64,000 nucleotides of DNA from Squalus acanthias (Eukaryota), in contig CM059431.1 in assembly GCA_030390025.1 (NCBI GenBank), positions 125,242,001-125,306,000 of the forward strand. Direction: 5' to 3'. The position numbers and the translations under genes were made by a program. Within the stretch, counting starts at the first letter, position 1. Each line of letters opens with the position of its first letter. Positions 13,245 through 26,193 of the stretch are shown piece by piece. Under the pieces are notes generated by a model, which was not told where the DNA came from, did no database searches, and saw only the letters and a program-made list of their open reading frames with translations.

Positions 13245-13448
13245 TTACTGACATTGACTATTTATCATCCTGAGGGCATTAAGAGCCAAGCACATACTGT
13301 GGGACTGGAGTTACATCCCTGAAGGGGATTAGTGAACCGGTTGGGTTTTTATGACAATCCAGCAACTTTCATGGTTCACAACTTGCCATGCTGGGATTTG
13401 AACTTACAAGTTGCAACTCCTGTAGCATAACTACTAGGCTACTGTATC
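13245..13448 (-). mobile_element. Degraded tRNA-derived SINE
   Basis: Matches the SINEs at 60565-60947 and 63184-63581 (taagagccaa, ttagtgaacc, gggatttgaac). Confidence 0.6.
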
Positions 13449-14319
13449 CTTGTGCTTATTACAAGCAACTCAAAAATGAACATAAGCCATCATACTCTTT
13501 AATAACACTGTTCTCCCCCTTGGTGTCTAAATGTGCTCTGCTTTCTCTTATTTCGCTGCTTCTCTGAGATGCAACCTGAGTGTTGGTATTGCGAGAGGTA
13601 GTTTAACTGCTCCTAACATACAAAAAGCTCATGGGACTGAGGTGGCCCTCCTATTGTGGCATCTCGGTCCTCAGAGGGAGCCGCTGCTAGCTAGCATCAA
13701 TGGAGTTCATACCTGGATAGCCTGATGTTGCCTCCGACATGCCATCTGCAAGATGCTCTAAGGAGGAAGGCCAGATGCCTGGCGTGTGCTGCTATCCTGA
13801 GAAATGGTAGCCTCGTGCAAGAAAATTTCAGCCATCTCCATTACACTGCGTCCTTTTTGTTCATCAGACAATGAAATTCCTGGGAGAAAGGTGCCTGCAT
13901 CCCAGCCCCAATTGTCTAAAAGCTTGTACAAAAGGGGCTATCTAACCTGTTGCCTACTGCTACCAGGGCAGCAGTCTGTACTAGCAACAAAACACAGGTG
14001 ATAATTAAAGCTTTTCTGTTTCCTTTTGAAATTCAATGCATTTCTTTTTTGAAATTTCATTTGTATGATTCACTTCAAGAATGTTTTCCATAATTCTCCT
14101 TTCCTGCCAAGTTGTATTATATAGTTTAAATAGTAACAGACATATTGATTTAATTGCTGGATTAATCAGTTATTAAGTCACTCAATTAATATCAAGACTT
14201 TTATGAAGTTTAGAAATGTAAATGAAATTCTAAAATGTTATGTATCATGAGAGCTGTTGTTTGATCTCTGTAGATCAGTAAAATCTTTAAATCAAGAGAT
14301 TTTTTCATACTCATAATGA

Positions 14320-16590
14320 AAAGAACATAGGAACAGAAGTAGGCTATTTAGCCCCTCGAGCCTGTTCCGCCATTCAATGAGACGATGGCTGATCTGCGAT
14401 CTAACTCCATATACCCGCCTTTGGCCCATATCCCTTAATATCTTTGGTTAACAAAAAGCTATCAATCTCAGATTGAAAATTAACACTTGATCTAGCATCA
14501 ATTGCCATTTGCGGAAGAGAGTTTCCAACTTCTACCACCCTTTGTGTGTAGAAGTGTTTCCTAATTTCACTCCTGAAAGGTCTGGCTCTAATTTTTAGAC
14601 TATGCCCCCAATCCAAGAATCCCCAACCAGTGGAAATAGTTTATCTCTATCCACCCTATCTGTTCCCCTTAATATCCTGAAAACTTAGATCACATCACCC
14701 CTTAACCTTTTAAATTCTAGGGAACACAACCCTAATTTGTGTAATCTCTGCTCGTAACTTAACCCTTGAAGTCCGGCTATCATTCTGGTAAAACTACGCT
14801 GCACTCCCTCCAAATCCAATATATCCTTCCGAAGGTGTGGTGCCCAGAACTGCTCACAGTACTCCAGGTCTGGTCTAACCAGGGCTTTGTATAGCTGCAG
14901 CATAACTTCTACCCCCTTGTACTCTAGTCCTCTAGATATAAAGGCCAGCATTCTATTAGCCTTTTTAATTATTTCCTGTACCTGTTCATGACATTTTAAT
15001 GATCTATGTACCTGGACCCCCAAGTCTCTTTGGACATCCACTGTTTTTAGCTTTTCACCATTTAGAAAGTACCCTGTTCTATCCTTTTGAGGTCCAAAAT
15101 AGATGACCTCACATTTGCTTACATTGAAATCCATTTGCCACAGTTTTGCCCATTCACTTAATCTATCAATATCCTTTTGTAATTTTATGCTTTCATCTAC
15201 ACTGCCTGCAATGCCGCCTATTTTTGTGTCATTGGCAAATTTGGATATATGACTTTCTATGGCATCATCTAAGTCATTAATTAATATTGTGAATAGTTGA
15301 GGCCTGAACACAGATCCCTGCGGATCCTCACTAGTCACATCCTGCCAATTTGAGTACCTACCCATTATCTCTACTCTCTGTCTCCTGCCGCTCAGCCAAT
15401 TTCCTAACCAGGTCAATAATTTGCCCTCAATTCTGTGGGCTTCTACCTTAGATAACAGTCTCTTATGTGGGATTTTATCAAACGTATTCTGGAAGTCCAT
15501 ATAAATAACATCTATAGACATTCCCCTGTCACTACTTTAGTCACCTCTTCAAAAAATGCAATCAGGTTTGTCAGGCATGACCTACCTTTCACAAATCCAT
15601 ACTGGCTCTCTCTGATCAACTGAACATTTTTGAGGTGTTCAGTCACCCTATCCTTAATCATAGTGTTGTGGAGTATTTTAAACCAACACTCGACTCAAGG
15701 TTTTAGATCGTTATTATACCGGTGGGGAGACAATCTCCACTGGCGCACCAGGAGACTTCTCCGCTGTCACAAATTTTAAGCAATCTTTTATACACTTAAT
15801 CATACAAACTCAACCTCGTGCACAATCCCGTTACACTGTTTTAATTGGCCTAAGGCCCGCGTGCACAGTTGCTGATTGGCTAATTCCCTATCTCGCGTCA
15901 CACAACCGTTCGCCTATATTTATGATCTCACCTGTTGTTATAGTTTGTAACCTTTAGTAAAACCATATGTCTGCATTTCTGTCTCACTGTGCCCCGTGTG
16001 GTTTTACTTATCTCTAGGTTCCATAGTTTGTGGTTAATCATAGATGGTGCTTCTGAGCTAATTTCATCTAATCTTGAAAAGCATCGAGACCTTGTGGTCA
16101 GCATGTCTGAGCTATCTCCTCCGGATTCTGTCTCAACCGTTGTTGTTAGTGTGCAAGCTGCATTGTTAACTCCTTAATTCCTGAAGGACGCCGATGTCCC
16201 ACTTCAATAGATTCTAGCAATTTCCCGACAACAGATGTTCGGCTAACTGGTCTATAATTCCCTAGTTTCCCTCTCTGCCCATTCTTAAAAAGAGGTGTGA
16301 CATGCGCAATTTTCCAATTTAAAGGGACGGTTCTTGAATCCAGGGAACTTTGGAAGATAATAGTTAGGGCATCTGCAATGTGCTCATCTACTTTCTTTAA
16401 ACCCTGGGATGGAAATCATCTGGTCCTGGGGATTTGTCACTCTTTAGTGCCATCATTTTCTTCATTACTGTTATTTTACTTATGTTAATTTTATTGAGTC
16501 CCTGTCCCCGATTCAATATTAGTTTCTTTGGGATTTCCAGCATGCTATTCACTTCTTCAACTGTAAATACTGACGCAAAGTAATTATAAA
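14320..16590 (-). mobile_element. CR1 LINE, 5'-truncated, interrupted by a solo LTR
   Basis: ORF 14685-15521 (YMDFQ..FDKIPH, KFANDTK, LYKALVRP.LEYC); CR1 3' UTR with aagaacatag tail; RT sequence resumes after 16210. Confidence 0.92.
15664..16206. mobile_element. Solo LTR, family C (543 bp)
   Basis: TG...CA ends; exact TSD ATAG (15660-15663 / 16207-16210); CR1 sequence is contiguous when it is removed. Confidence 0.85.
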
Positions 16591-16842
16591 AGAAAATAGA
16601 GTAAGAGGCATTATTTTATTTACTTTTTGGTTAGTTTTACCTTGTACTGGGGAATGTACCAATCCAAAGCAAGGCAAGTGATACATCAAGCCACAAGTGT
16701 AGAGACAGCTTCATCTAACACAGAAAAATATCCAATAATAAAAGTTCATCTCTCATGAGACTATCAAATCACAATACAATTATTCAAAATGTAAAGGGTT
16801 CCCCTTCACTGCTATTCCACTTAAATAAAGTGAAGAGATTAT

Positions 16843-17618
16843 GGAGGAGAAATTAAGTATCGCCCCATTTGGAGTGCGATTATTGGCCAGGCGCAAAGTT
16901 TAGCGCCTGCTGCTAATTATCGCCTCCGACTGCAAACTTGGCTTTTATCGCCCCTGGAGGTGATTGGAGCGCTAAATCAGGCACTGCACACCTGTCTTAA
17001 GGTGCAAAGGCCAAGGAGCGAGGCGCTACTTCAGAGCGTTGGCGAAGCTCATGTGATGTCAGTCAGCAATGGAACACAGACACAGTGGCGCCTGCCAGTT
17101 CTTAAAGGGGAAGGTCGATCTTGCTCTCCATCCACACCCTGCTCATTGCAGCCTTGAATCTCGGCCTGGAGAGACCTGTACATCAAATCTGTTGGAAAGA
17201 ACAATGGAGAGGCCCAGGGAAAGAGCTCAGTAGGGAGGAGAAGGCTCCAGGCCGCGACTATGGGGGGTGGGCGGGGGGGGTGAAGACTTCTTAATGAGGC
17301 CTGGTGAGAGCACTCCTGCTCTTCCTGGCCGACAAGGAGTGTTAAAAGGAACTGAGCTTCAGTACTGCGAGCCTCCAGATAACTTAAAGCCACTGCACCG
17401 ATGGTCGTCATCAGGCTGCGAGTTTTAAATATTAATTAGGCCCCCACCTGCCTTTTGTCGGAGCCTCGTCGATGACCTAAATGGATTTTGTAAAAATTTA
17501 AATGGATGAGTCGAGTTGGGATCTGGTTGCTCGATCATGATATTTTAACGCACCCCCCACCACCCCCGACCATCCGACACTTTCCACCCCACTGGGTGAG
17601 GGGTTAAACTTGAGGCCC
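16843..17618. mobile_element. Chimeric non-autonomous Harbinger fragment
   Basis: 16843-~17220 is homologous to 22073-22450; the remainder resembles the 36888-37488 MITE family. Confidence 0.65.
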
Positions 17619-17919
17619 ATATAGAATCCAGAAGTAGTCCTCACTTCTTTATAGTATTTAAATATTTCAATTTGAGCCACTTGACTAATAATGTATAAAA
17701 TGAATTATAATAGGATAGCCCAATTGGATTAATCATGTAATGTATATATAGTATTTAGGACAGTAGAGCACTACCTACCTTCCTGCCTACCTGCCTGTCT
17801 ATTCCGAGCCACACCTAATATTCAACTCTGCAATTTTCCACCAATCCAGAAATGTCAGAGGATGGCTGCTGGGAGCCAAGGAATGAGCCCATTATATATG
17901 GCTGATCACAACTCTCTGC

Positions 17920-19561
17920 TGTAAAGTTCGCAATTATCGCGATTCGAAATAATGAGATAAAGCAGATTCGTTTCATCAGTTTTATTTCAACGAAATGCTG
18001 TCATGATTAAACAGGACACAGAAGCCTGTAAAATGCCCGCTGCGCCTCGTGGCAGAAGCTTCCAGAATTTTCAGTGGGCAGAAAAAATGGCGTTCGAATA
18101 AACATTTATAAGTAATACGCAGCAAACACTGATAAAGACAGGATGCAACCTGTCTGCATTCGACACAATAGCAAAGATATAAGTGCTGGAATAATTTTCC
18201 ATGCACAAGTAAGGACCATTGTACTGGGCAATCGAAGGCCCATCCAGGTACATCAATACACAAATTCCCCATGGCTCTACAATGAGAGAGCCATTCTCGG
18301 GTGATTAAGTCAGTATTCGAGGAGGCCCCAAAACCAGTCAGGGAGACTCCTAGCCGGTTCGACAATGGGGAAAACATTAACGGGTAGTTGGCCAGTTTAA
18401 GGTGCTACCGAAACCCATTAAAGGAAAGAATCACCCCATACTGGGAATTTTGAGCGCCAAGATTTTACAAAGGATGAACATTAAGATTTGGGCGGGAGAT
18501 AAGGGAACACAGCACTATAACTATAGTGAACAAATGTCCATCGGTCTCTTGACTCTTATCTTGCTGCCGGCTGCTGAACTCTCTTATTCCTCTGATCCTC
18601 CCGGGGCTGATTCGTTTTGAACTGACTCTTGACGCGGGCTGAACTTTTATTCTCCTATGTTGGGTGGAGCTCAATTTGGAACGAGCCGCCTCAACGGAGG
18701 CCAGTGACCGGGTGCACCATCCCGAGGGTCGGTAAACGGTGTTCTGGACCCGAAGGCCCGAAGAGGTGAGACGAGACGAGATGAGAAGAGAAGAAGAAGA
18801 ATCCACGTGCCGCCGCGGTCAGTAAACCCCGACCGCGCCCGAAAATATATAGACCATTTTTGAACTCTATAGGTTACTGCACGAACTGGTCAAAGACTCT
18901 TCTTTGAATTCTACCGGCAACCGGTGTCGGACACAGGAAGACTCTTCTTCGAACCGGGCCCCAGCACTGTCGAGTTCTTCATGACAACGGGGAGCCCAGC
19001 CTGCTAGCCGGAGCAGAGAAGATAAACAAGTGGGGTACAGCGACCCTTTCCAACACGTGACAGTCAGGTGTTGCAGCGAAACAAGCCGAGTGCCTTACTT
19101 TAAAATTCTCCGAAGTATCACGAGTGGTGAGCATGTTTCCTCGATCCTACAAATCTAGATTAGTGTAGGTATTGATAGGGGAGGGTAGTTTTATTAAGGA
19201 TAAATATAATGTGTTCCCCTTTTTACGATGTGCCGTGCGTTCCTCATTACCCTAGACCAAGCTTTATGAATGTATGTATACTTGTACTGTCATTAATTTG
19301 TGCCTATGACATGTACTTCATGATTTTGGACGTTATGCAATAAAGATTTCCATTTCGTACTATTCAACCGAGTCTATTTGAGTTTTTCTCTGCATTACTG
19401 CTCTCGCACCTAAGTCCAGTCTTAGAACCGTAAGGGCGAGTGGGTCGAACCACTCACAGGTGCTTATTGCAACAAGGCTGGCCGGAGACCAGAGCAAGCA
19501 ATAGTATTAGGCAACGAAGGCCTAACCCCGCACAAGCACCTACAAACCGAAACCCCTTACA
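17920..19561 (+). mobile_element. Solo LTR, family A (1642 bp)
   Basis: TGTA...TACA; exact TSD CTGC (17916-17919 / 19562-19565); AATAAA at ~19339 gives orientation. Confidence 0.92.
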
Positions 19562-19786
19562 CTGCTAAAAGCAATTTTAGCTTCAAATTTGCTTTATGCG
19601 TTTAATTGTATTCAAAGCCTGTTTTTGTGTGTTTTTTGTCCACTTTGCCGCAAGTGACAACTGGAGGGATACTGGGGTGGTTGGTGATGTTACGGTGGCA
19701 CTAATCACCCCTCGCAACACCTGACATAGCAACCGGTGAGGCTGTGGGCACGTACAGGCATGAGGCACAGACGAGATGGTCTCCAC

Positions 19787-21272
19787 TGTAAGATTCTCAA
19801 AATTCACAGATCCCCCAAAACTCGAAGACAAACCCTAAGGAAAAAGACTTTGGACTCTTTTCTAGCTATTACAGGGTGGTGAAGTGCATTGGGCCTAACC
19901 GAAGGACATTTTGAGCAAAAAACAAGATTTGGTATTTTTAAAACATGTCTGGGCTTGTCAGGGAGAAAAGGCTGTGAAGGAAGGTGGGTTCAACCTCTGT
20001 AAAACCAGTTTGGGTATTGGAGCTAATGGGAACTGTCTGGGGAACCGTATGATCTCGCTGGAAGTTTAAATCGGCCCCTATCAGACATTAGCATCCTAAC
20101 AATAAACCTGAGGAAAAACAGTCTCCACCCCAAGTTACAGAGCCCATTAAGACATGCATAAAACAGATTACTTCGGCATACTCTATAGAAATCATAGCCC
20201 AGCCAAGAAAACCCAAAACATAAGAACAATCAAACTCCGATTAAGTGGCAAATCGACAGGATGGGGGCCATCCCGGAACCACTTCACACCTTAACAAACC
20301 AGTTACCGTTAACGAGCCCGCCAAAACTAACAAAGACCGAGACCTGATTTGGCGCGCAGATAAGGGAGCTTCAATGGGTATAATTGAAGGCCCGTTCTCA
20401 ACCTGAAAAAAAGAAGAGGAAGGAAGAACAAAAAGACATCGACGGAGGCATTCTCCGCAACACAGTTCTAAAACCAACATCGTTCAGCTTTCCGTGTCCA
20501 GCCAGGAGGTCGACAGCTCGAAGGCCAGACTATCCAACAAAGCAGGTTGACACGAGAAGAAACCAGAACGACCGCCTCAGTGACCATCGGACACCTCGCG
20601 GCAACAAGGCCCTCACGAAACAACCAACCGAACACCAAGTACCAATATTTGGGCCACCACGACCAAAGAAAACCAACTCGAAGAAAACCCGAAGACCCGC
20701 AAAGTTTCCACTCTACAATCCACTCCTGACTTACCCCTGGGTAAGATTTTCCCTTAAAAACTCTAAACCCTACTTCTAAACTAAAGAAAAGTGGGTACTT
20801 ACCTGATAGATCCAATACGCACCCTACCGCATCAGTGGACTCGCGAAGACTGACCAGATACGCAGTTGAAGTCCTCTACCGCGTACGGGGTACGGCAGAC
20901 GCCAACCGACATATAGAGTGAAGCCCAAAACCGCAGACTAACCCAACTGTCAAGGATTCTGGTGAGTATCATCCCTGGTCCTCTGGAGTCCAACCTAGCT
21001 AGTGAAGTGGGATTGGGAGGGGTGAAGTATTCTCCTAATGTTATTTCCCTCATTTGTACCGAAGTGTTCCCCACTTTTAGAGTGTTAAGAGTGTTTGTGT
21101 TGTGTTTTACTTTCTTGAATAAAGATCAAAGTTCTTGCATCAAACTCAGTTGTCTGCTGCACCTTTTATCACAACCCCCAAATAAGTCCAAGGTCTAGAA
21201 CCAAGGGAGTGGGAGCGATTCGAACCGCTCAGAGGTCAGAGGTGAAGCTGACACACACCACCACCCCCTACA
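19787..21272 (+). mobile_element. Solo LTR, family B (1486 bp)
   Basis: TGTA...TACA; exact TSD CCAC (19783-19786 / 21273-21276); AATAAA at ~21118. Confidence 0.88.
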
Positions 21273-21276
21273 CCAC

Positions 21277-21495
21277 GGCTCAGCTCAGCTGCGCATTGCA
21301 GATAGAAGCTGGGGAATTAAAATAAATTGATATAACTACGGACATCAACAAGCGAACTACCAGCCACTATATTTGGAAACTTGACCACCCCTTAGCAAGA
21401 CAATCGGGACACTGTCCAGGCTGACAATGTGAAAAACGGTCACTTGGGCAGGACACAGGAGGACTGGTGGTGCCTATTGAACTGTACCCGAGTGC
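21277..21495 (+). mobile_element. Possible Deu-domain SINE remnant (similar piece at ~33290-33370)
   Basis: actgtccaggctgacaatgtgaaaaacggtcacttggg...gaactgtaccc resembles the Deu-SINE core as I recall it; not aligned. Confidence 0.35.
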
Positions 21496-22433
21496 AAGCT
21501 GCTACATTCAGTCGGCAAGTGGAGAAAATTAAGGTGAGGGGAGGGGAACCAAGGTGAAATAAAAATGTACCTTAAGTTTTGTATGTAGTTTTATGTGGAT
21601 AATGTTTACACAATTGTGGATCTACAAACACTCTTATTATAGATATATTATATCAAGTTCTGTTATTATAGATTATAATTACGAGTTTTTTATTTGGACA
21701 GTTTTAGTAACTGTTCCCCATGGGGAGCTGAGTGCCAGAAAATGTATCAATTTTTGGGAAAATGTTGCATCTGAGCTTTGGGACTCTTTCACTTTATGCA
21801 TTAATGACTGAGTTTGTTTTCAGGCTTGTGGAGAGAAATGGTCCTATTAAATTATGCAACCAAAATAAAATTAGCTAAATCAGCAAGATGATCCTGTGCT
21901 TATCACTGGTGAATAAAGCAACATTTTTGTGCTATGACACCCTTAGTTCAGAGTACAGAGCATGAGAAGAGTCTTTACAGTTTTTTTGGAAAAGCCATAT
22001 TTTGTCAAAGAGTTCGAGCAGATGAGAGGTTTTAAGCAATATGTTATGTTAGCCAAGAAAATAAGATCCCCTGGGGGAAAAATTCAGTATCGCCCCGTTT
22101 GGGGCGCGATTATCGGCCGTGCGCAAAGTTTAGTGCCTGGTGCTAATTATCGCCTCCGACTGCAAATTTGGCTTTTATCGCCCCCGGAGTTGATTGGAGC
22201 GCTAAATCAGGTGCTACACACCTCTCTTAAGGCGCAAAGGCCGAGGAGCGAGGAGCAAACTCAGAGCGCGGGCGCAGCGCATGTGCTGTCAGTTAGCGAT
22301 GGAACACAGACACACTGGCGCCGGCCAGTTCTTAAAGGGGAGGGTCGATCTTGCTCTCCAGCCACACCCTGCTCATTGGAGCCTTGAATCTCGGCCTGGA
22401 CAGACCTGTGCCTAAATCTTGCAGCCAAGGACT

Positions 22434-24197
22434 ATGGAGAGGGCCAGGGAGCGAGCACAGTGCTTCAGCGAGCGGGCCTTGGAGGCTCTGGTTGGCGCGG
22501 TGGAGCGCAGAAGATCAATACTGCACCCAGAGAATGGCAGGAGGCCTTTGCCGCGCGATTACAGAAGAGTGCGGAGGGAGATGGCACAGCACGTTTCCTC
22601 CAGAAGCATGGTGCCCAGGACCCATATACAATGTAGAAAAAAGTTCAACAACCTCACTCGGGTCGTCAGGGTGAGTGGCTTTTTTTCAATACCTCTCCAT
22701 CCCTCCATCTCAACCTCACTCTATGGCCAGAGGGTCTTAAAACTCCAATGCCCAACACTCATCCAATACCTATGGCCCTCTCATGAAACACACACGCACA
22801 TTCCACACTTTGCATACAGTAAGGGCTATTCATCTCTGGGAGGCACATCAGGCAAGACCATGGCTGTATATTTATTCAGACGCTGTCCTTTTTCTTGCAG
22901 GCCAAGCTATCTCATAATAGGAGACAGCAGCAACGAATGGGTGGAGGGCGGCCTCAGCTGCAACCCCTCAGCGATCTTGAGGAGCGCGTCCAGAGGATTG
23001 TGGCAAGCCGGGTGATCGGTCCTGTCACCACTGGAGACGCCGACCCTGTTCTGGACAGCAATGGTAAGGTCATCACCTTTTTGTCCTCTCTCCTTCCACT
23101 TGTCCCTCACAACACCAGCCTTTGACACTTTCAATCCAACTTACTAAATCGCTGCACTCATTCCTCCCTTACTGCCTCCCTGTCCTCACGCTAAAGCCAC
23201 TCTTGTACCTCCATGCTTTCAGATGGTGATTCACCAGCTGAGGAGACAGGCCCTCAAGCTGCCAATGGGAGTGAAGCTGCAGGCGAGGAGGAAGATGAAG
23301 CCGGAGCATCAGCGCCACCCACTCCCGAGGAAGCCCATGCCCACACTGGGAACACGCCTTCCCTGGAGAGGAGCAGGGGGGAAGGGTCTGATGAGGGTGA
23401 AGCTTCAGGCCCAGCGGGCTGCAGCAACGCGATGGGGGTAGGGAAGCTCGGGGGCCTTCTCCCCGGAGGGAGAGTATGCCAGCGAGTCCTACTGCACTGG
23501 ACACAGAGGAGGATTGGCTCATCGCTGAAATGAACACCCAGGCGGTGGACATGCACACTGAGCTCATGGGTGCAGCGGGAAGGGTGCCCGAGTGCATTGA
23601 ATCACTGACAAGGAGTGTGGAGCACTTCGCTGTAGCACAGACGGATGCCACGCAAATGTTTAGTGCTGCAATTCAATCACTGGCTGCCGTGACCCCATCT
23701 CTGACTGCTCTCATGCAGACTCAGATTGAGGCCACGCAAGCACTGACTGCTGCCATCTTCGCTGGTTCGGACACATTTCCCGGGGCTCTCACCGCGCCGC
23801 AGCAGGCCAGCAATCTGTGCTCCAGCAGATTGCTCCGGATGCTGAAGTGCTGCCCCGTGGGAGTGCCAGTGTGTCGGTCGAGCAGGGAGTTGCTCTTCTC
23901 TTTCAAGATGACAGCATTCCTGCTGCCACCACTGTCACTTCTCCACTGCACTTGCCACCACCTGTAGGACAGACTGCTGCCGCCCATGCAGAGTTGGTGC
24001 AGTCTGCAGCCGGGCCCTCCAGGCCCAGAGCTGGTCGAGGCCGTCCTTCAAGAGCATCTGCAGTCTCAGGTTCTGACAATCAGCAGCCTTCCAGCAGCCT
24101 TGCTGCAGCCACTGGGGTCCCATTACAGAGGAGCAGTAGGGTGGGAAGGGGGGAAATGCGCAAGGGAAGGAGATCACCCTCGAAGGGCAAAAAGTAG
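22434..24197 (+). pseudogene. Spliced Myb/SANT-like DNA-binding partner protein (exons 22434-22670, 22901-23063, 23223-24197; exon 3 frameshifted)
   Basis: RAQCFSERALEALV..RTHIQCRKKFNNL. Canonical agg|gtgagt, ttgcag|, atg|gtaagg and tttcag| sites with matching phases (0, then 1). Basic C-terminal tail; ATTAAA at ~24228. Confidence 0.85.
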
Positions 24198-24607
24198 GAG
24201 GTGTGACAAAATGTTGGTCATTTTTTTATTAAAGGCCGAGGTTCGTGGTCAAACTTTTGTTTAGTGTTTTGGACATTATCTCCAGGTTGTGAGAACCAGT
24301 TATGTTAATGACTGTTTTTTTGTGTTTCTTTCTATTAGTTTGTCATGAGGAAATGACACACACAGAGTTTGTAAAATAAATAAGTTTTTGTATTCAAAAT
24401 GTACATGTTTATTCTTTGCAATCATTGCTGCCTTGGCCGGCTTCAGGGTTGCGGGTTGGTTTTATTCATGTTGTTTTCAATAGCAGAAACCATTTCCTCA
24501 GCAGGGGCCTAGAAGCGGCTTGCTATCAGCCATTGACGGACGGCCCTTCCAGTTTCTACATTGTGGGCCTCCCTCCCGCCTTGGTGCTGCTGATGATCAT
24601 CCTCCTC

Positions 24608-25738
24608 CTATTCCTCCTCCTCTTCCTCCTCCTCCTCTGGTGGTGCTCCAAGGCCTGGTGGCATTGGCTGGGTCCTGAGGATTGCCAGGTAATGCAGCAT
24701 GCAGCACACAACTACGAAGAGGGAGACTCGCTCAGGCAAGTACTGCAGGGCTCCTCCAGAATGGTCCAGACAGCGGAACCGTTGCTTGAGCACACCGATT
24801 GTGTGCTCAACGATGTTCCTGGTAGCTAGATGGCTCTCGTTGTACCGCAGCTCAGCAGGGGTGTTGGGCGTACGGAGCAGTGTCATCAGCCAGGTGCACA
24901 GTGGATATCCCTTGTCCCCGAGAAACCAACCACCTGGGTGATGCGGTGCCTGGAAAAGTTCTGCCACAGTAGTCTGGCGCAGGATGTATGCATCATGGCT
25001 GCTGCCAGGATAGCAGGCATTGATAGCGAGTATCAGCTGTCTGTGGTCACAGACCAACTGCACATTAAAGGAATGGAACCCCTTTCGGTTGCGGAAATCC
25101 TCTGCATTCTCATGCAGAGCACGCAAAGCCACATGCATGCAGTCAATGGCGCCCTGCACCATGGGGAAGCCCGCTATCCTCGCAAAGCCCATAGTGCGTT
25201 CATGCTGCTTGCCCGGGGTCATGGGGAAAGAGATGTACTCTCGTCTCCTTTTATAGAGGGCATTTGTGACCTGACGGATGCAGCAATGGACCGCGAACTG
25301 GGAGATATTGGCGATGTCCCCAGTAGCTGATTGAAATGAGCCGGTGGCATAAAAGTTGGGAGCCACTGTTATCTTCACTACCACCGACGGAGACATCCTG
25401 CTCCTCAGTTGAGGCTGCAGATCTGGCTGCAGCAGGTGGCAGAGCTCAGTGACCACCTCCTTGCTGAAGCGCAGCCTTCGCAAACACTGCTCCTCAGACA
25501 TATTAATGTATGAGAATTGTTGGCGAAATACCCTGGGAGGGTAAGGTCTCCTGTACAGAGGCCTGTTGGCCCTCCTCCATCTGGCCATGATTGCCACTCT
25601 CTCTCTGCGTCTCTGTGGCCTCTGATTCTGCTGGCGCAGGACGACGCCCCCAATTAGTGCAGCCCCCACAGTCTCTTGGCAATCAAAGTAATGAAGGTCA
25701 AAAACCAAAGTACCTGCAAATTTATGCTCAGTAGCCAA
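24608..25738 (-). CDS. Harbinger (HARBI1-like, DDE_Tnp_4) transposase, catalytic core open
   Basis: 376-aa ORF with [40 protein letters not shown] and RNIVEHTIGVLKQRFRCLD. The TAG inside the poly-Glu run is probably a nonsense change; the frame continues to ..LIASRF* at ~24510. Confidence 0.93.
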   Translation of the reverse strand: MATEHKFAGTLVFDLHYFDCQETVGAALIGGVVLRQQNQRPQRRRERVAIMARWRRANRPLYRRPYPPRVFRQQFSYINMSEEQCLRRLRFSKEVVTELCHLLQPDLQPQLRSRMSPSVVVKITVAPNFYATGSFQSATGDIANISQFAVHCCIRQVTNALYKRRREYISFPMTPGKQHERTMGFARIAGFPMVQGAIDCMHVALRALHENAEDFRNRKGFHSFNVQLVCDHRQLILAINACYPGSSHDAYILRQTTVAELFQAPHHPGGWFLGDKGYPLCTWLMTLLRTPNTPAELRYNESHLATRNIVEHTIGVLKQRFRCLDHSGGALQYLPERVSLFVVVCCMLHYLAILRTQPMPPGLGAPPEEEEEEEEE

Positions 25739-26193
25739 AACTACTTCACACAGCGTTGACTCAATGCAGAAGTCTCTCTTTCTCTCTCTCCGAATCTCTC
25801 CCTCTCTCTCTCAGAATGAGTGGTGCAAAAATGTCTACCACAGAAAAAGCCAGGAAGAGGCCCCCTTTAAATAGCACCCCCCCAGCCCCTCACCAACTGG
25901 GAAGCATTCCAGTCTACCTGTCGTTGGTTGCACCAGGCGGAAAGGAGGGGGGCGCCACTCAATTTCCGTTCCGGGGCACCCCAAGGGCATTGCACGCTCG
26001 AATGACGTCAAGATCTGCGGGCGCAGGAAATCGGGGCGGTATTGTTTAGCGCCGCCGCAAAATGTCCGGTCAATTTCGCGAGAGGCGCAGATATCGCCGC
26101 GCCCGGGCGCTAGTTGCTTTACGCCCCATTAGCGCCCTCTTAAGGCGCAAACCAACTGAATTTTCCCACCCCCTTGTTCTTTGCAAAAATACT

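Larger units (their letters stand above)
22073..26170. mobile_element. Near-complete PIF/Harbinger transposon (~4.1 kb)
   Basis: Imperfect TIRs gggggaaaaattcagt / actgaattttcccacc; convergent Myb gene and transposase; GCGCC-rich subterminal repeats; TSD uncertain. Confidence 0.92.

Noticed and set aside
24608..25738. Domesticated host HARBI1 / NAIF1 / MSANTD genes
   Set aside because: The ORFs lie within TIR-bounded multi-copy elements with stops and frameshifts, so they are transposon genes; no gene symbol assigned.
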